Below are positions 12,540 through 26,101 of a DNA stretch of 64,000 bases, one piece after another (the stretch's first letter is position 1; each line of letters opens with the position of its first letter). A model generated the notes under the pieces. That model had not been told where the DNA came from, made no database searches, and was given only the letters and a program-made list of their open reading frames with translations. A program made the position numbers and the translations under genes. The DNA is taken from contig OX597818.1 in the NCBI GenBank assembly GCA_951406725.2, forward strand, positions 129,642,001 to 129,706,000, read 5' to 3'. The DNA is from Octopus vulgaris. Taxonomy: Eukaryota.

Positions 12540-12895
12540 GACTGGCATTATTCAATGCCCTTACTGTAATTTACATACATATATATATATATATACATAC
12601 ACACACACACTTATATATACATACATACATACACACACATGTACATATATATATTGTTTATGTATCATATATCTGACAAAAGAAACACACTCTAAAACAT
12701 AGTGCATAGTCTTATGGATGGTCCATCAGACTCCAATGATGAAGGTCACATACTGCTTCAAACTTTGAAGAGGTATATACAAAACCATTGGTCACTCTAT
12801 GACTGGACATATACTTAACTGCAAATACATATATACATACATACATACGCACATGTGTATGTATGTCTATATATATATATATATACTTTATTTAA

Positions 12896-13085
12896 ACTCT
12901 GAGTTTCTCGTTGCCGTTCATCAGACAGTTTTTGCTAAAAACTGTCTGATGAATGGCAACGAGAAACTCAGAGTAACAGATTTTGTTGAATTTTCTGCTG
13001 CTTTAAATACAGCATATTACTCTACCACTGGTATTTGAGTACTCTTTTTTCCACCTTGTTTCACATTTATGTGTTTACTCCGGTA
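12896..13085 (+). mobile_element. Foldback family H1 with back-to-back hammerhead motifs
   Basis: Near-perfect palindrome 12896-12974 (3-nt loop GCT); plus-strand CUGU-CUGAUGA-AUG(GCAA)CGA-GAAA-CUCAGAG-UA-ACAG at 12942-12979. Confidence 0.8.
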
Positions 13086-13099
13086 TATATATATATATA

Positions 13100-13819
<720 letters not shown>

Positions 13820-14614
13820 TGTCTGTAGCTCATATATTTGAAAAAGAAGCATGCTGTAAAAAATTAGAGCAATAATATACTTAGAAGGTTGTTATGGCTG
13901 GTCAGAGAGTGACCATTGGATGGCACATAATAGGCTATGTGCCTCTGACCTTTCGAGTCTGATGACGTACCTATACAGCCAACCACTTTAATGGTGTGAA
14001 AGTAATGATCACTCATAGCTTGGAGTGTTGAAATAAAAAAAAAAGAAAAGAAAAATAAACAAAATTAAGAAATCTGGATTTGAAATCTGAACAAGTCTGG
14101 TTGGTACGCCACTGTCTTAGACAAATCAATAGACTTAAATTACTCTGCTGTAATACAGCAAATGACTTATTTTCATAAGTGATGCCTTGGAAGATATTTC
14201 CTGCTATTTCTGAATGTTATTAATAATGATGACCATGATGATGATGATGCTGATATTAAAGCTGATGATGATGATGATGATGATCTCAATGTTCATTATG
14301 AACAATTGAATGTTAAAATTGAACAAGAAAGATAAGAGAGAAATTGACTTCAATAACTATATGAATGTGTGTGTGTATGTGTGTATGTATGTGTGTGTGT
14401 GTGTGTGTGTATTCTTCTGGATTTAAAATACATTACATGAGAACAGTCCAGAGATGGTAACAAGAGTGTCCAGACTTAAAAGTTCTTTCTGTCTTATTTA
14501 CCGAAGTCATGCTAGCGAAAAAAAAAAACCCAATACAAAAACATTTATCTGAAGCAAATGAATGATGTACACACACATGCATACACACATATATATCTAT
14601 ATACACATACATGC

Positions 14615-14670
<56 letters not shown>

Positions 14671-15242
14671 TTATAATGAGATTAGCTCGTATACGAGTGG
14701 GTATATATTTGTAAAAAATGAAGTTCGAAAATGCTGCTATATTAGACAAATTTTTAATTTTTATATATACATTATAACATGTTTCGGTTCTTGAAATGAT
14801 GAACCTTATCAAAAAAAGTTATATATAAAAAAAGATAGTTCATGCTATCAAATATAAAAAATTCATTTATAATATACAATAGAGTCAGACATCAAAAGTT
14901 CATATATAGTGAAGTGAGTTCGTTCATGCTATATGTTTACAGAGTATGATGCAGTGGTTCATAGTGGTGATATGCATTCAATATAAAAAATAGTTGAAAG
15001 TGGTGATATGCAGTCAATATAAAAAATTGATGTTCCTGAAAGAGCGAGGAATTCATTTTAGATTTTACCTTGAGTAACTGTGATGACTTTTGTATATATG
15101 TGTATATATGATGCAGCCTCCTGTCGACTGTCCAACCCATGCCAGCATGGAGAACTGACATTAAACGATGATGATGATATTATATGTGCAACAACATATG
15201 TAAACAAATTTTTTTTATTCTCGGAAGCATTGAATGTGTATC

Positions 15243-15490
15243 ATGATACAGACAAGAAATTAATATTTTGAATGCAGTATAGCTTTTAAAACAGCAGAAA
15301 TATCGTGTATTTTACTCTGACATGCTGGAAAAAAATCCGCACCTCCTAACTGGTATCTGGGAGGTGTAGGTTCAAGTCCTATGTCTGTCTGCTGACAACT
15401 TTTTCCGTCATATAAGGGTAAAATAACCAATCTTTTTGCTGTTTCCATGGCTAAACTGCATTCGAAATATTACTTTCTTGTCTGTATTAC
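15243..15490. mobile_element. Inverted-repeat element with tRNA-like centre
   Basis: Arms 15243-15335 / 15400-15490 are reverse complements; spacer has GCACCTCC..GGAGGTGT stem and B-box GGTTCAAGTCC. Confidence 0.65.
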
Positions 15491-15522
15491 ATATATCTGT
15501 ATCTATATCTATATCTATATAT

Positions 15523-15826
15523 ATCACCATGACCGACCAGGCTATCAGATGTTGCTATACATCGCTGGTCACAATGCGCTTCGCATTGTTTTAGCCTTCA
15601 AATGACGCCACCCCACTGGCTAAGCGAGCAGGCCAACAGAAACAGAAAGAGTGAAAGAAAGTTGTGGCGAAAGAGTATAGCAGGGATCACCACCCCACCT
15701 GCCGGAGCCTCATGGAGTTTTAGGTATTTTCGCTCAATAAACACTCACAAAGCCTGGTCTGGGAATCGAAACCGCGATCCTACGACCACGAGTCCGCTGC
15801 CCTAACCACTGGGCCATTGTACCTCC
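15523..15826 (-). mobile_element. tRNA-derived SINE family D
   Basis: Minus-strand head TGGCCCAGTGGTTAGGGCAGCGGACTC..GGTTTCGATTCCC; matches 31151-31445, 51204-51588, 55915-56210. Confidence 0.88.
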
Positions 15827-17358
15827 ATATCTATATATATATATATACATATATATGTACATATATATAACATAACAGCTTGGATTTACCCTATCTACCT
15901 ATATAGTATTGTATATACAGATATATATGTATTTATTCACACACACATGCACACATATATACGTACATCACAGATATATATATATATAGTACATCTCTCT
16001 TTATGTATATATGTATATAAGTATGTATACATATTGTAGCATGACAGCCAAAACTGACTGATTATCCTTATGAAATCCTGATAAAAGAAACCCAATTATT
16101 TTACTTTCGTAAACTTTCTATTGTACTGCAAACTTTTAAGTTACTCACAGATACTACTTATTGTTACTTACAAAAGTTTCAGTATTTTTTCCATTCAAGT
16201 CCATCATAACCCTGTTACACTGCATATCCCAAGTACTGAAATTATTATGTCATTTTAAGATAATCAACAACGTGCTCAATATTATAAATATAGATTTTCA
16301 AAATACTGAACATAATCAATCAAATAAACCACCTGCTCTATGATATGTGTGTGTGCAGAAAGGTGTGTATCAATGTTTCCACTAACTCTGAAGATGGCAT
16401 GCTGGCAGGATTGTTAACACACCAGACAAAATGCTTACTCTTTTACACTTTTACTTGTTTCAGTCATTTGACTGTGGTCATGCTGGATCACCGCCTTTAG
16501 TCGAATCAAATCGACCCCAGGACTTATTCATTGGAAGCCTAGTACTTATTCACCCAAGTACTAACTAGGCTTGACGCTGCTTAACTTCAGTGATCGGATG
16601 AGAACCGGTGCTTTCAACATGATATGGCCATTAAAGCTTAGTGGTATTTTGCCTGTCTTCACATTTGGAGTTCAAATTCTACTGAGGTTGACTTTGTCTT
16701 TCGCTTTTACAAGGTCGATAAAAGAATTACCAGTTGAACACTGGGGTGAGGGTGGGGTCGATGTAATCAACTTGCTTCCTTCTCTTTGTACTTGCTGGTT
16801 TTGTGCCAAAATTTGAAATCAATATTTTCACTAACTTTTGGTCCTCAAAGAGCACAAAATTCTTATGTGATCTTTTATTTGTTTCTGTTATTAGACTACA
16901 GCCATGCTGAGGCACTGTATTGAGGGGCTTAGTTGAACAAATTGACCCCAGCACTTATTTTTCTTTTCAAATCTGGTATTTACCCTATCAGTCACTTTTC
17001 CCAAACTGTGAAGTTACAGGAACATAAACAAACCAACATTGGTTGCCATGCAAAATTTTTTTTTTTCTGTAATGATGACATGTATGTACTAATTATTTAA
17101 GCTAACTAATCTTTTCTGTGTACATGTGCTTCATAATCTCTTTCATGCACTAGTAGGAAAATTTTATATGTGTGTGTGGACATACATCATCATCATCATC
17201 TTCTAACATCTGTTTTCCATGCTGGCATGGGTTAGATGATTTGACTAGAACTGGTAAGCTGGAGAGCTGCACCAAGTTCCAGTCTGATTTGGCTTAGTTT
17301 CTATGGCAGGATACCCTTCATAATGCCAACCGCTTTACAATGTATGTATATTTATATT

Positions 17359-17765
17359 GGCTGTGTGGTAAGTAGCTTGCTCACCAACCACATGATTCCG
17401 GGTTCAGTCCCACTGCATGGCATCTTGGGCAAGTGTCTTCTACTATAGTCTTGGGCCGACCAAAGCCTTGTGAGTGGATTTGCTAGACGGAAACTGAAAG
17501 AAGACCGTCGTATATATGTATATATATACGTTTATGTGTGTATATGTTTGTGTATCTGTGTTTGTCCCCCTAACATCGCTTGACAACCGATGCTGGTGTG
17601 TTTATGTGACCTTAACGTAGTGGTTTGGCAAAAGAGACCAATAGAATAAGTACTAGGCTTACAAAGAATAAGTCCTGGGGTCTATTTGCTCGACTAAAGG
17701 CAGTGCTCTAGCATGGCCACAGTCAAATGACTGAAACAAGTAAAAGAGTAAAAGAGTAAAGAGTA
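17359..17765 (+). mobile_element. SINE family B
   Basis: Full head-to-TAAAAGAG tail match. Confidence 0.88.
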
Positions 17766-17999
17766 ATCCACTGCGGTGGAGTCATAATTTTATTACTGTA
17801 CCTGAAAGAACAACAGACAATGACCTTGATGAGATTTGAACTCAGAACATAGAAATCTGGCTGAAATACCACAAAGAATTCTATCCAACACCTTACCTAC
17901 ACTTCTTTATCTTAATTCCTTCAATAATGAAGAAGCCAACATTTGGATTACTGAAAGATCATTGAGTTGGGGAATCAGTTGAACATTGGTCTGAATACC

Positions 18000-18229
18000 T
18001 ATTTCTTTATTACCCACAAGGGGCTAAACACAGAGGGGACAAACAAGGACAGACATAGTTATTAAGTCGATTACATCGACCCCAGTGCGTAACTGGTACT
18101 TAATTTATCGACCCCGAAAGGATGAAAGGCAAAGTGGACCTCGGCGGAATTTGAACTCAGAATGTAACGCAGACGAAATACCGCTAAGCATTTCGCCCGG
18201 CGTGCTAACGTTTCTGCCAGTTCGCCGCC
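18000..18229 (-). mobile_element. SINE family A, young copy
   Basis: CpG-intact reverse complement of family A. Confidence 0.9.
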
Positions 18230-19194
18230 TTTATGCTCTTTGTTCAAGCCTTGCTGGGTAGACCTTGCCATTCAGCCTTCAAATGGGGCTGATGATTTAA
18301 AAAACTTGTCATGGACTTGGTTCCAGTTTGATCAGTTGTTCCCTCCCTCAAAACTTATCATCTAAGATTAGAATTCAGTTATAACTCTTTCCAGTTCTGC
18401 ATCAAAATCCAATCAGGTTAAACTCATAATAACATCTATTAATGCATCATTATAATAACAAGCAGCATAATTAGAAAGATTCTTCACCGTTAGAACATAT
18501 ACCAGATATGAGCTAAGTAATGTTATTAACTAAAACTTTTAAGGATTACTAGGGAATTGATATTAACACGCAGTAATTTTTTTCAAAAATTTGTGGCATT
18601 GTATCAGTGTTAGGAATCATTCTTAAGATTAATGCTAATATAAATCAATACCATGGTCTGTCTTCCTTTTTTGTCTTGGTTTTTCAATTCTACCCCACTG
18701 ACACTATTTTCTCATTGCTTCAATGAGTCAATGACAGTTATATTAGTATAATGATGATGATGATGATGAAGATGATGATGATGATGATAATGAGGAGGAG
18801 GAGGAGAAGGATATTGAATGTTTATGATATTATTATTACTATTATTACTGTTGTTGTTTCTTTTTCTTGTTATTATTATTATTATTATTGAACATAAGAA
18901 AAATCTGGAAATTGGAGATATAATTAAAATCAGTCCATGTGTAGTCATAACAGGAATTATATATTTTTTTAATTTTTGTTTTTATTTCACATTCTCTTTA
19001 CACCTTATGTTTTTCTTTTTATTTTAAAGACAAATGTTTTTATTAATTCTAAAATCTAAATTTCATGATAAAGTCTGCAAAAAGAAAAAAAAAAAAAATT
19101 CAGTTATTAAAAGTTCTATATTTCACAGAGATAAGAGTAGCATTGTTTCTAATAGAAAAAGAAAATTGATTTCTTTAGAGTATCATCATCATGA

Positions 19195-19232
<38 letters not shown>

Positions 19233-19595
19233 ATTAATATTAGCATCATAATTATTATTCATTGCATATGATGCATTTTTTTGAATGTGCATGTCTTATA
19301 CATAATACACATGGACACACATACACACATGGTTTATATTTGCTTAACCAAATACAGGGCAGTGAGTCTGTGATAAGGTTTCAATTTTAGCTAGAACTGT
19401 TTCCATTCTCTTGAGTAGCAAAGCAGTGGATTTTTTTCGTATTGTCGTTGAGCACAAGACTAGCTATAACAGAGCAGACTCATTATTGAAGGCCATTCCA
19501 GTTGTGACTATCCTGTCTGATTTTAAGAGACAAACAAGACTACGTTATCCAATGTATTACTTCCTTAGTTAAGATGGTGGACTTTGTAGTTTTAA

Positions 19596-19814
19596 CCCTT
19601 TGGTGTTCAGATTATTCTATCAAACATAATGCTTATTGATTCCCATTGATTTGAATTAATCATGCATTATCTCATGTCTTCAAGATCTTGATGGTGTAAT
19701 TACTTAATGTAGAATAACATTGTAGGGTAGGTGTGAGAGCCTGGATCTGGTCAGTTTGAATATAAAACAGATTAAATATTTTGGCCGGATATGGCCAGTT
19801 TAAATACTAAAGGG
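19596..19814. mobile_element. piggyBac-like MITE
   Basis: TTAA|CCCTTTGGTGTT ... AATACTAAAGGG|TTAA: CCC/GGG ends, TTAA duplication. Confidence 0.85.
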
Positions 19815-20831
19815 TTAAAGATTTTAGGGAGATTCTGCTGCTATTTCTTATAGATCGAGTAAGCATATAGAGGCTTCCTCTTTGAAACATAATCATTTCC
19901 TGTGCTCAGTATATGAAGAAATACAGAAGCTTTCATCAAGTCGATTTGGTATTGATGAAGATTTGAGGGTAAATTCAATTTTCCAATAATCATTATGGTG
20001 TAAAAAGAAAGAAAAAAACCCAAAAGACTTAAGTGTATACAAACCAGAAGAAATATTTCTTCCTCTATTAGCTAAAAAGTTAATGAAAGAAACCACAAGC
20101 AAATATTTATCTCCAGATGTGATTTGTAAATGAATACATAGCATTAAGGCATGTTACGTAGTGGTTAGGGTGTTGAACTCATGATCATAAGGATGTGGGT
20201 TCGATTCTTGCATCAGGCAGTACATTGGACCTTTGAGAAAAGTACTCCACATCATTTTGCTACAGTCTACTCAACTGAGAATGAGTATCAACCAATTGCT
20301 AGTGCAGTCCTGTCACCTGATGTCAAGACAAGGGGACACAAATAAACACACGCACACATGCCCCCTGACTGGCTCCCATTCTGGTGGCATGTAAAATGCA
20401 TCATCTGAAAATGGTCGATGCCAGTGCCCACTGACTGGTACCCATGCTGGTGACATGTAAAAAGCACACACAACACACTTGGAACGGTTGGCATTAAGGA
20501 AGGGCATCCAGCTGTTGAAACCTTGCAAGATCAGATTGGAGCCCGGTGCAGCCTATTGGCTTGCCAGTCCTCAGTCAAACCATCCAAACCATGCCAGCAT
20601 AGCATGGAAAGCAGAAGTTAAACAATGATGATGATGATGATGGGCTTCTTTCAGTTTTTGTTTACATCAAATCTGTTCATGAACAGATTTGATATTTACT
20701 GTATAGACTTCAGAGAGATGAAAGGCAAAGTTGACGTTGATGGAATCTGATTTCAGAACATAAGAGACTGGAACAAATACTGCACAGGATTTCTTCTGCT
20801 GCTCAAATATTATAACCATTGACAAATATAT

Positions 20832-21208
20832 GGAGTGGCTGTGTGGTAAGTAGCTTGCTAACCAACCACATGGTTCCGGGTTCAATCCCACTGCGTGGCA
20901 TCTTGGGCAAGTGTCTTCTGCTATAGCCCCGGGCCGACCAATACCTTGTGAGTGGATTTGGTAGATGGAAACTGAAAGAAGCCTGTCGTATATATGTATA
21001 TATATATGTGTGTGTTTGTCCCCCTAGCATTGCTTGACAATCGATGCTGGTGTGTTTACATCCCCGTCACTTAGCGGTTCGGCAAAAGAGACCGATAGAA
21101 TAAGTACTGGGTTTACAAAGAATAAGTCCCGGGGTCGATTTGCTCAACTAAAGGCGGTGCTCCAGCATGGCCGCAGTTAAATGACTGAAACAAGTTAAAA
21201 AAGAGTAT
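20832..21208 (+). mobile_element. SINE family B
   Basis: Full match to family B. Confidence 0.9.
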
Positions 21209-22116
21209 ACGAAAGAAATTGAGCCTACTTGTTTGAATGTATTTCTGTTTCGTACCATTTTCATGGAATTTATTCTCTTTCAGATAAAAGTTGAAACTCA
21301 TTCAGGATATATGCTGACAACTTGATAAAATGCAAAATATCAAGAAAAATAAATGAAAATAAAAATGTAATTATAGGTGCAGACATGGCTGTGTGGTTAA
21401 GAGGATTACTTCACAACCATGTGGACTTGGGTTCAGTCCCACTGCACTGCATCTTGGATAAGAGTTTTTGTATATAGCCTCAGACCAACCAAAATCTTGT
21501 AAGTGGATTTGATTGATGTGTGCATGTGTGTGTGTGTGTGTGTTTGTTTTCCCCCCATCACCATCTCAGCAAATGACAAACTGTTGCTTTGTTTATATCC
21601 CTGGAGTCTGGCAAAAGAGACTGATAGAATAAGTCACAGGTTTAAAGAAATAAGTAATGGGGTTAATTTGGCTAATCCTTCAAGGTGGTGTCCCAGCATG
21701 GCTGCAGTCCAATGACTGAAACAAGTATAGGACAAAAGATACAAAATAAACAAAAATAAATAAAATTTTAAAATTGTGCTACATAATTTTTTATAAATAA
21801 AGTAAAAAAAGATATTAGCTGCAAAAGATTCTGAAATATCCAGAAGAAGTCAGTGAGAAAGGAGACGTATATCTTTTATCTTTTACTTGTTTCACTCATT
21901 AGACAGCAGCCCTGGTGAATTTTTAGTTGAATGAATCAATCCTTGTACATAGTGTTTCAAAGCATCGGTCTCTTTTGCTGAACTATTAAGTTACAGGGAC
22001 GTAAACACACCAACACCGGTTGTCAAGTAATGGTGGTAGACAACCACTGACACACACCTACACACCCACCCACCCACATACACGTGCGTGTGTGCAATGA
22101 ACTTCTTTCAGTTTCT

Positions 22117-22358
22117 TATTTCTTTATTGCCCACAAGGGGCTAAACATAGAGGGGACAAACAAGGACAGATACACGGATTAAGTCTATTACATCGACCCC
22201 AATGCATAACTGGTACTTATTTAATCGACTCCCGAAAGGATGAAAGGCAAAGTTGACCTCGGTAGAATTTGAACTCAGGACGTAACGGCAGACGAAATAC
22301 AGCTACGCATTTCACCCGGCGTGCTAACGTTTCTGCCAGCTCACTGCCTTTAGACAGA
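22117..22358 (-). mobile_element. SINE family A nested in an older family B copy
   Basis: AACTTCTTTCAGTTTCT duplicated on both sides (about 22100 and 22359); family B sequence resumes after it. Confidence 0.85.
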
Positions 22359-23045
22359 AACTTCTTTCAGTTTCTGTCTATCAAATTCACTTACAAGGCT
22401 ATGGTCAGCTTGAGGCTATCGTTGAAGACATTTGTCCCAGGGGTCCACATAGGGGACCGTAGGAGTGAACCTGGAATCATGTAATAGGGAAATAGGCTTC
22501 TTACAACTCAGCCATGCTGCACAGTCATAAGTACTTTAGATATAAGGAAGGAGATAATAATGCTGTTTAATATGAAGAGACACATATGAAGGACAGCCTA
22601 AAATATAATTTTTCTTTGCATCATTTTCACCATGGAATCTCCTTTGTCTCATAATCTATCAAACTGCATTAAAATCGTTTTCTGATAAGTTGGACAAAGG
22701 ACAGACAATACTAGGACCTTTGCAGGTCTTCTTGAGGATACTGATATTGATGGGTTGGTGTCCAGTTTGAAAATTTATCTGTAGATTGATGAGAATGAAA
22801 AAAGAAAAAAAGATACTGCAAAAACAAGAATAAATACAGGCAAATCAAGAAAAGATTTGATTTTTTTACATTTCAAAAATCAATTGATTTATAATTCTAT
22901 TTCTCTTTGTTTCTCTTATTCTGTTGTGAAACAGCTTGGCAACTAACTGTTCATTAACTTTTGATGACATCTTAGTAGAAAGAAAGCCAACCAGCCAGCC
23001 AGCCAGTCAGTCAGTCCACTTATCTGTCTAACTACATACTTATAA

Positions 23046-23268
23046 CGCTGGCAGAAACGTTAGCACGCCGGGCGAAATGCGTGGTCGTATTTCGTCTGCC
23101 GTTACGTAGTGAGTTCAAATTCCGCTGAGGTCGACTTTGCCTTTCATCCTTTCGGGGTCGATAAATTAAGTACCAGTTACACACTGTGGTCGATGTAATC
23201 GACTTAATCCCTTTGTCTGTCCTTGTTTGTCCCCTCTATGTTTAGCCCCTTGTGGGTAGTAAAGAAAT
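23046..23268 (+). mobile_element. SINE family A
   Basis: Family A body; TACATACTTA on both flanks. Confidence 0.88.
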
Positions 23269-23419
23269 ATACATACTTAGAACTGACTGCTTGTCTGCAT
23301 ATCTGTCTTTGTACACACTCACACACACACACACACACACACACACATAAGATCACATATGCATACATACTTCACACATTTATACATATATGTAAGTATA
23401 TGTGTTTTGCATACATACA

Positions 23420-23748
23420 CACACACACATACACATTTATAAATACGCACACAGACACATTTATATATACACACACATACGCATTTATATATAAACACAC
23501 ATACACATTTATATATACACACACATACACATTTATATATTCACACATATACACATTTATATATACACACATACACATTTATATATATACACACACATAC
23601 ACATTTATATATATGCACACATACACATTTATATATACACACACATACACATTTATATATACACACATACACATTTATATATATACACACACATACACAT
23701 TTATATATACACACACATACACATTTATATATACACACACATACATAC
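23420..23748. repeat. 22-24 bp minisatellite (ACACATACACATTTATATATAC)n
   Basis: More than 10 tandem units. Confidence 0.9.
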
Positions 23749-24349
23749 AAAAAGCACCATTCGAGTGTGATCATTACCAGCATCGCCTTACTGGCACTTG
23801 TGCTGGTAGCACATGAAAAAATATTTGATCGAGTCGAGTGAGGTCGTTGCCAGTGCTGCTGGACTGGCTCCTGTGCAGGTGGCACATAAAAAACCACCAT
23901 TTGAGCATGGCCGTTGCCAGTACCACCTGAATAGCCCTCGTGCAGGTGGCAGGTAAAAGCACCCACTACACTCTCAGAGTGGTTGGTGTTAGGAAGGGTA
24001 TCCAGCTGTAGAAATTCTGCCAGATCATATTGGAGCCTGGTGCAGCCATCTGGTTCGCCAGTCCTCAGTCAAATTGTCCAATCCATGCCAGCATGGAAAG
24101 CAGACATTAAACGATGATGATGATGATACATGTAAATATATATGCATAAATATAGACGCACACATACATAAGTGAATATGTGTGTGTAAGCTGTCTAAGA
24201 GTCCATACATCAAGAAAAATACACTTATATATCTGTTAGTAGAGTGGATATCTCAACTGAAGTGTACAGTATTATATATATATTATGCCCCAGCATGGCC
24301 ACAGCTTCAAGCTGAAACTGGTAATATATATATATATATATAAATGATA

Positions 24350-24770
24350 TTATTTACATTATTTACACTGAATGGATATGGGTCATCATCATCTTTGTTG
24401 TTACCACATTTCAGCTAATTTACTCTCCAGCCTTCATCAGGTGTCCTCATAGAATTTTGAACCCGACCCTGGGGTTTCATTCGTAAGGTATTTTTTGCTT
24501 ATTATTATTTATTAAAGGCACTGCCTGGAATTGAACTCAGAATCTTGGGGTTAGTAGCCCATGCTCTAAACCATTATGCTATATGCCCATGAGAATAGCA
24601 TAATGGTTAAGAACATGGCTACTAACTCCAAGATTCTGAGTTCAATTGCAGGCAGTGCCTTGAATAAATAATAATGATGATGAGGAGGAGGAGGAGGATG
24701 ATGATGATAATAATAATAATAGTAATAACATCAGCAAAAATAAAAAAAGTACCTTAGGAATGAGAACCCA
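24350..24770 (-). mobile_element. tRNA/Pol III-headed element with hammerhead-like tail plus head-to-head inverted partial copy
   Basis: Minus strand: A box TAGCATAATGG, B box GTTCAATTC, (TAA)n, body, then GACAC-CUGAUGA-A-GGCUGG..UUAGCU-GAAA at 24445-24401; plus-strand copy 24595-24770. Confidence 0.75.
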
Positions 24771-25420
24771 GAAATAGGAGTTAAAAATTCCTTTTATTAA
24801 AAATCTCATATTAACTCCTATTTCTAATTTCGGTATGTGGTGAAGCAGTTAGCTGAACCCTAATTATAATTGTGTGGATAATTTTACCTATAAAGGTTAT
24901 TTTAATGTACCGATCTACTTGGTGAAATTGTTAATTAATTGATTAATTAATTAATAAATTTTACCACCTAGTGCTGAAGAGAAATCTAAAAAATCTAATT
25001 CACAATCCAGTTCTTCTGGGGAAGGAAAATCGAAACAAAAAAGGTTTGTATTGATTTCTCATTGATATTAATGATATTGTAAAAAGTGCTGGTGGCACGT
25101 AAAAAGCACCATCCGTTCATGGCCGTTGCCAGCCTCGCCTGGCCCCCATGCCGGTGGCACATAAAAAGCACCATCCGATTGGCACCTATGCCGGTGGCAC
25201 GTAAAAAGCACCCACTACACTCATGGAGTGGTTGGCGTTAGGAAGGGCATCCAGCCGTAGAAACATTGCCAGATCAAACTGGGCCTGGTGCAGCCTTCTG
25301 GCTTCCCAGACCCCAGTTGAACCGTCCAACCCATGCTAGTATGGAAAGCAGACGCTAAACGATGATGTATGTATGATGATATATATATATGCATACACAC
25401 GCACACACTCAAGCACACAC

Positions 25421-25458
<38 letters not shown>

Positions 25459-25464
25459 GCATAT

Positions 25465-26060
25465 ATGGGTACAGGATGTCACTAACTGTGTAAACAGCAT
25501 GATATATGTAAACAAACGACTTAAATATGCAGACAACAAACGAAAATATGGAAAACAGGACAAGTAAACATAGAGAAATGACCCTTTATCAGTTGTCGGC
25601 TGTCTATCTACACGTTATTTTGAGCATTCAATGCTCCCATAAATTCTAAAATAAAATTCAGGATTTATGGATGGTCAAAATTGGGAACAAAAACAGGAAA
25701 GAGAAGACATACTGAATGAAAACAAGCATGGAGGGGTCATTAGACCAGAACAAGAGGAAAATAGTGAAAGCCGGGAGAAATATTTTCTTTGAAAAGAGAA
25801 AAGATATAGGAGAGAGGAGAAAACATCCAGTCCTTTGAATGCCCATATAGGAAAAGAAAGATAGTCATGTGAGGAAAAGAAAGATGGACAATGGTCAGGT
25901 GTAAGAAATGAGAGAGAGAAAAAGAGAAAGAGAAGGAGAGAAACAGATAAAAAAAAATGGTGAAAGAGGGAGGAGGAGAAAAAGGGAATTACAGAAGGAT
26001 GGCAGAAGAAAACAGTATAGAGTACAGTCGCATCAAAAAGTTGAAGATAAGCTTACTTGG
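25465..26060. mobile_element. Unclassified microsatellite-associated repeat starting ATATGGGTACAGGA
   Basis: Related starts at 26608, 45942, 62771, always adjacent to TA/CA tracts. Confidence 0.6.
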
Positions 26061-26101
26061 AAATGGATGTGTGACATTCAGTTATATAATAATATAAATA
26101 A

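Noticed and set aside
15760-15826. tRNA gene calls for SINE heads
   Set aside because: Heads run directly into SINE bodies and lack a complete acceptor stem
19910-20135. Possible exon YEEIQKLSSSRFGIDEDLR and nearby short frame
   Set aside because: No recognisable homology; equally consistent with a fossil transposase fragment
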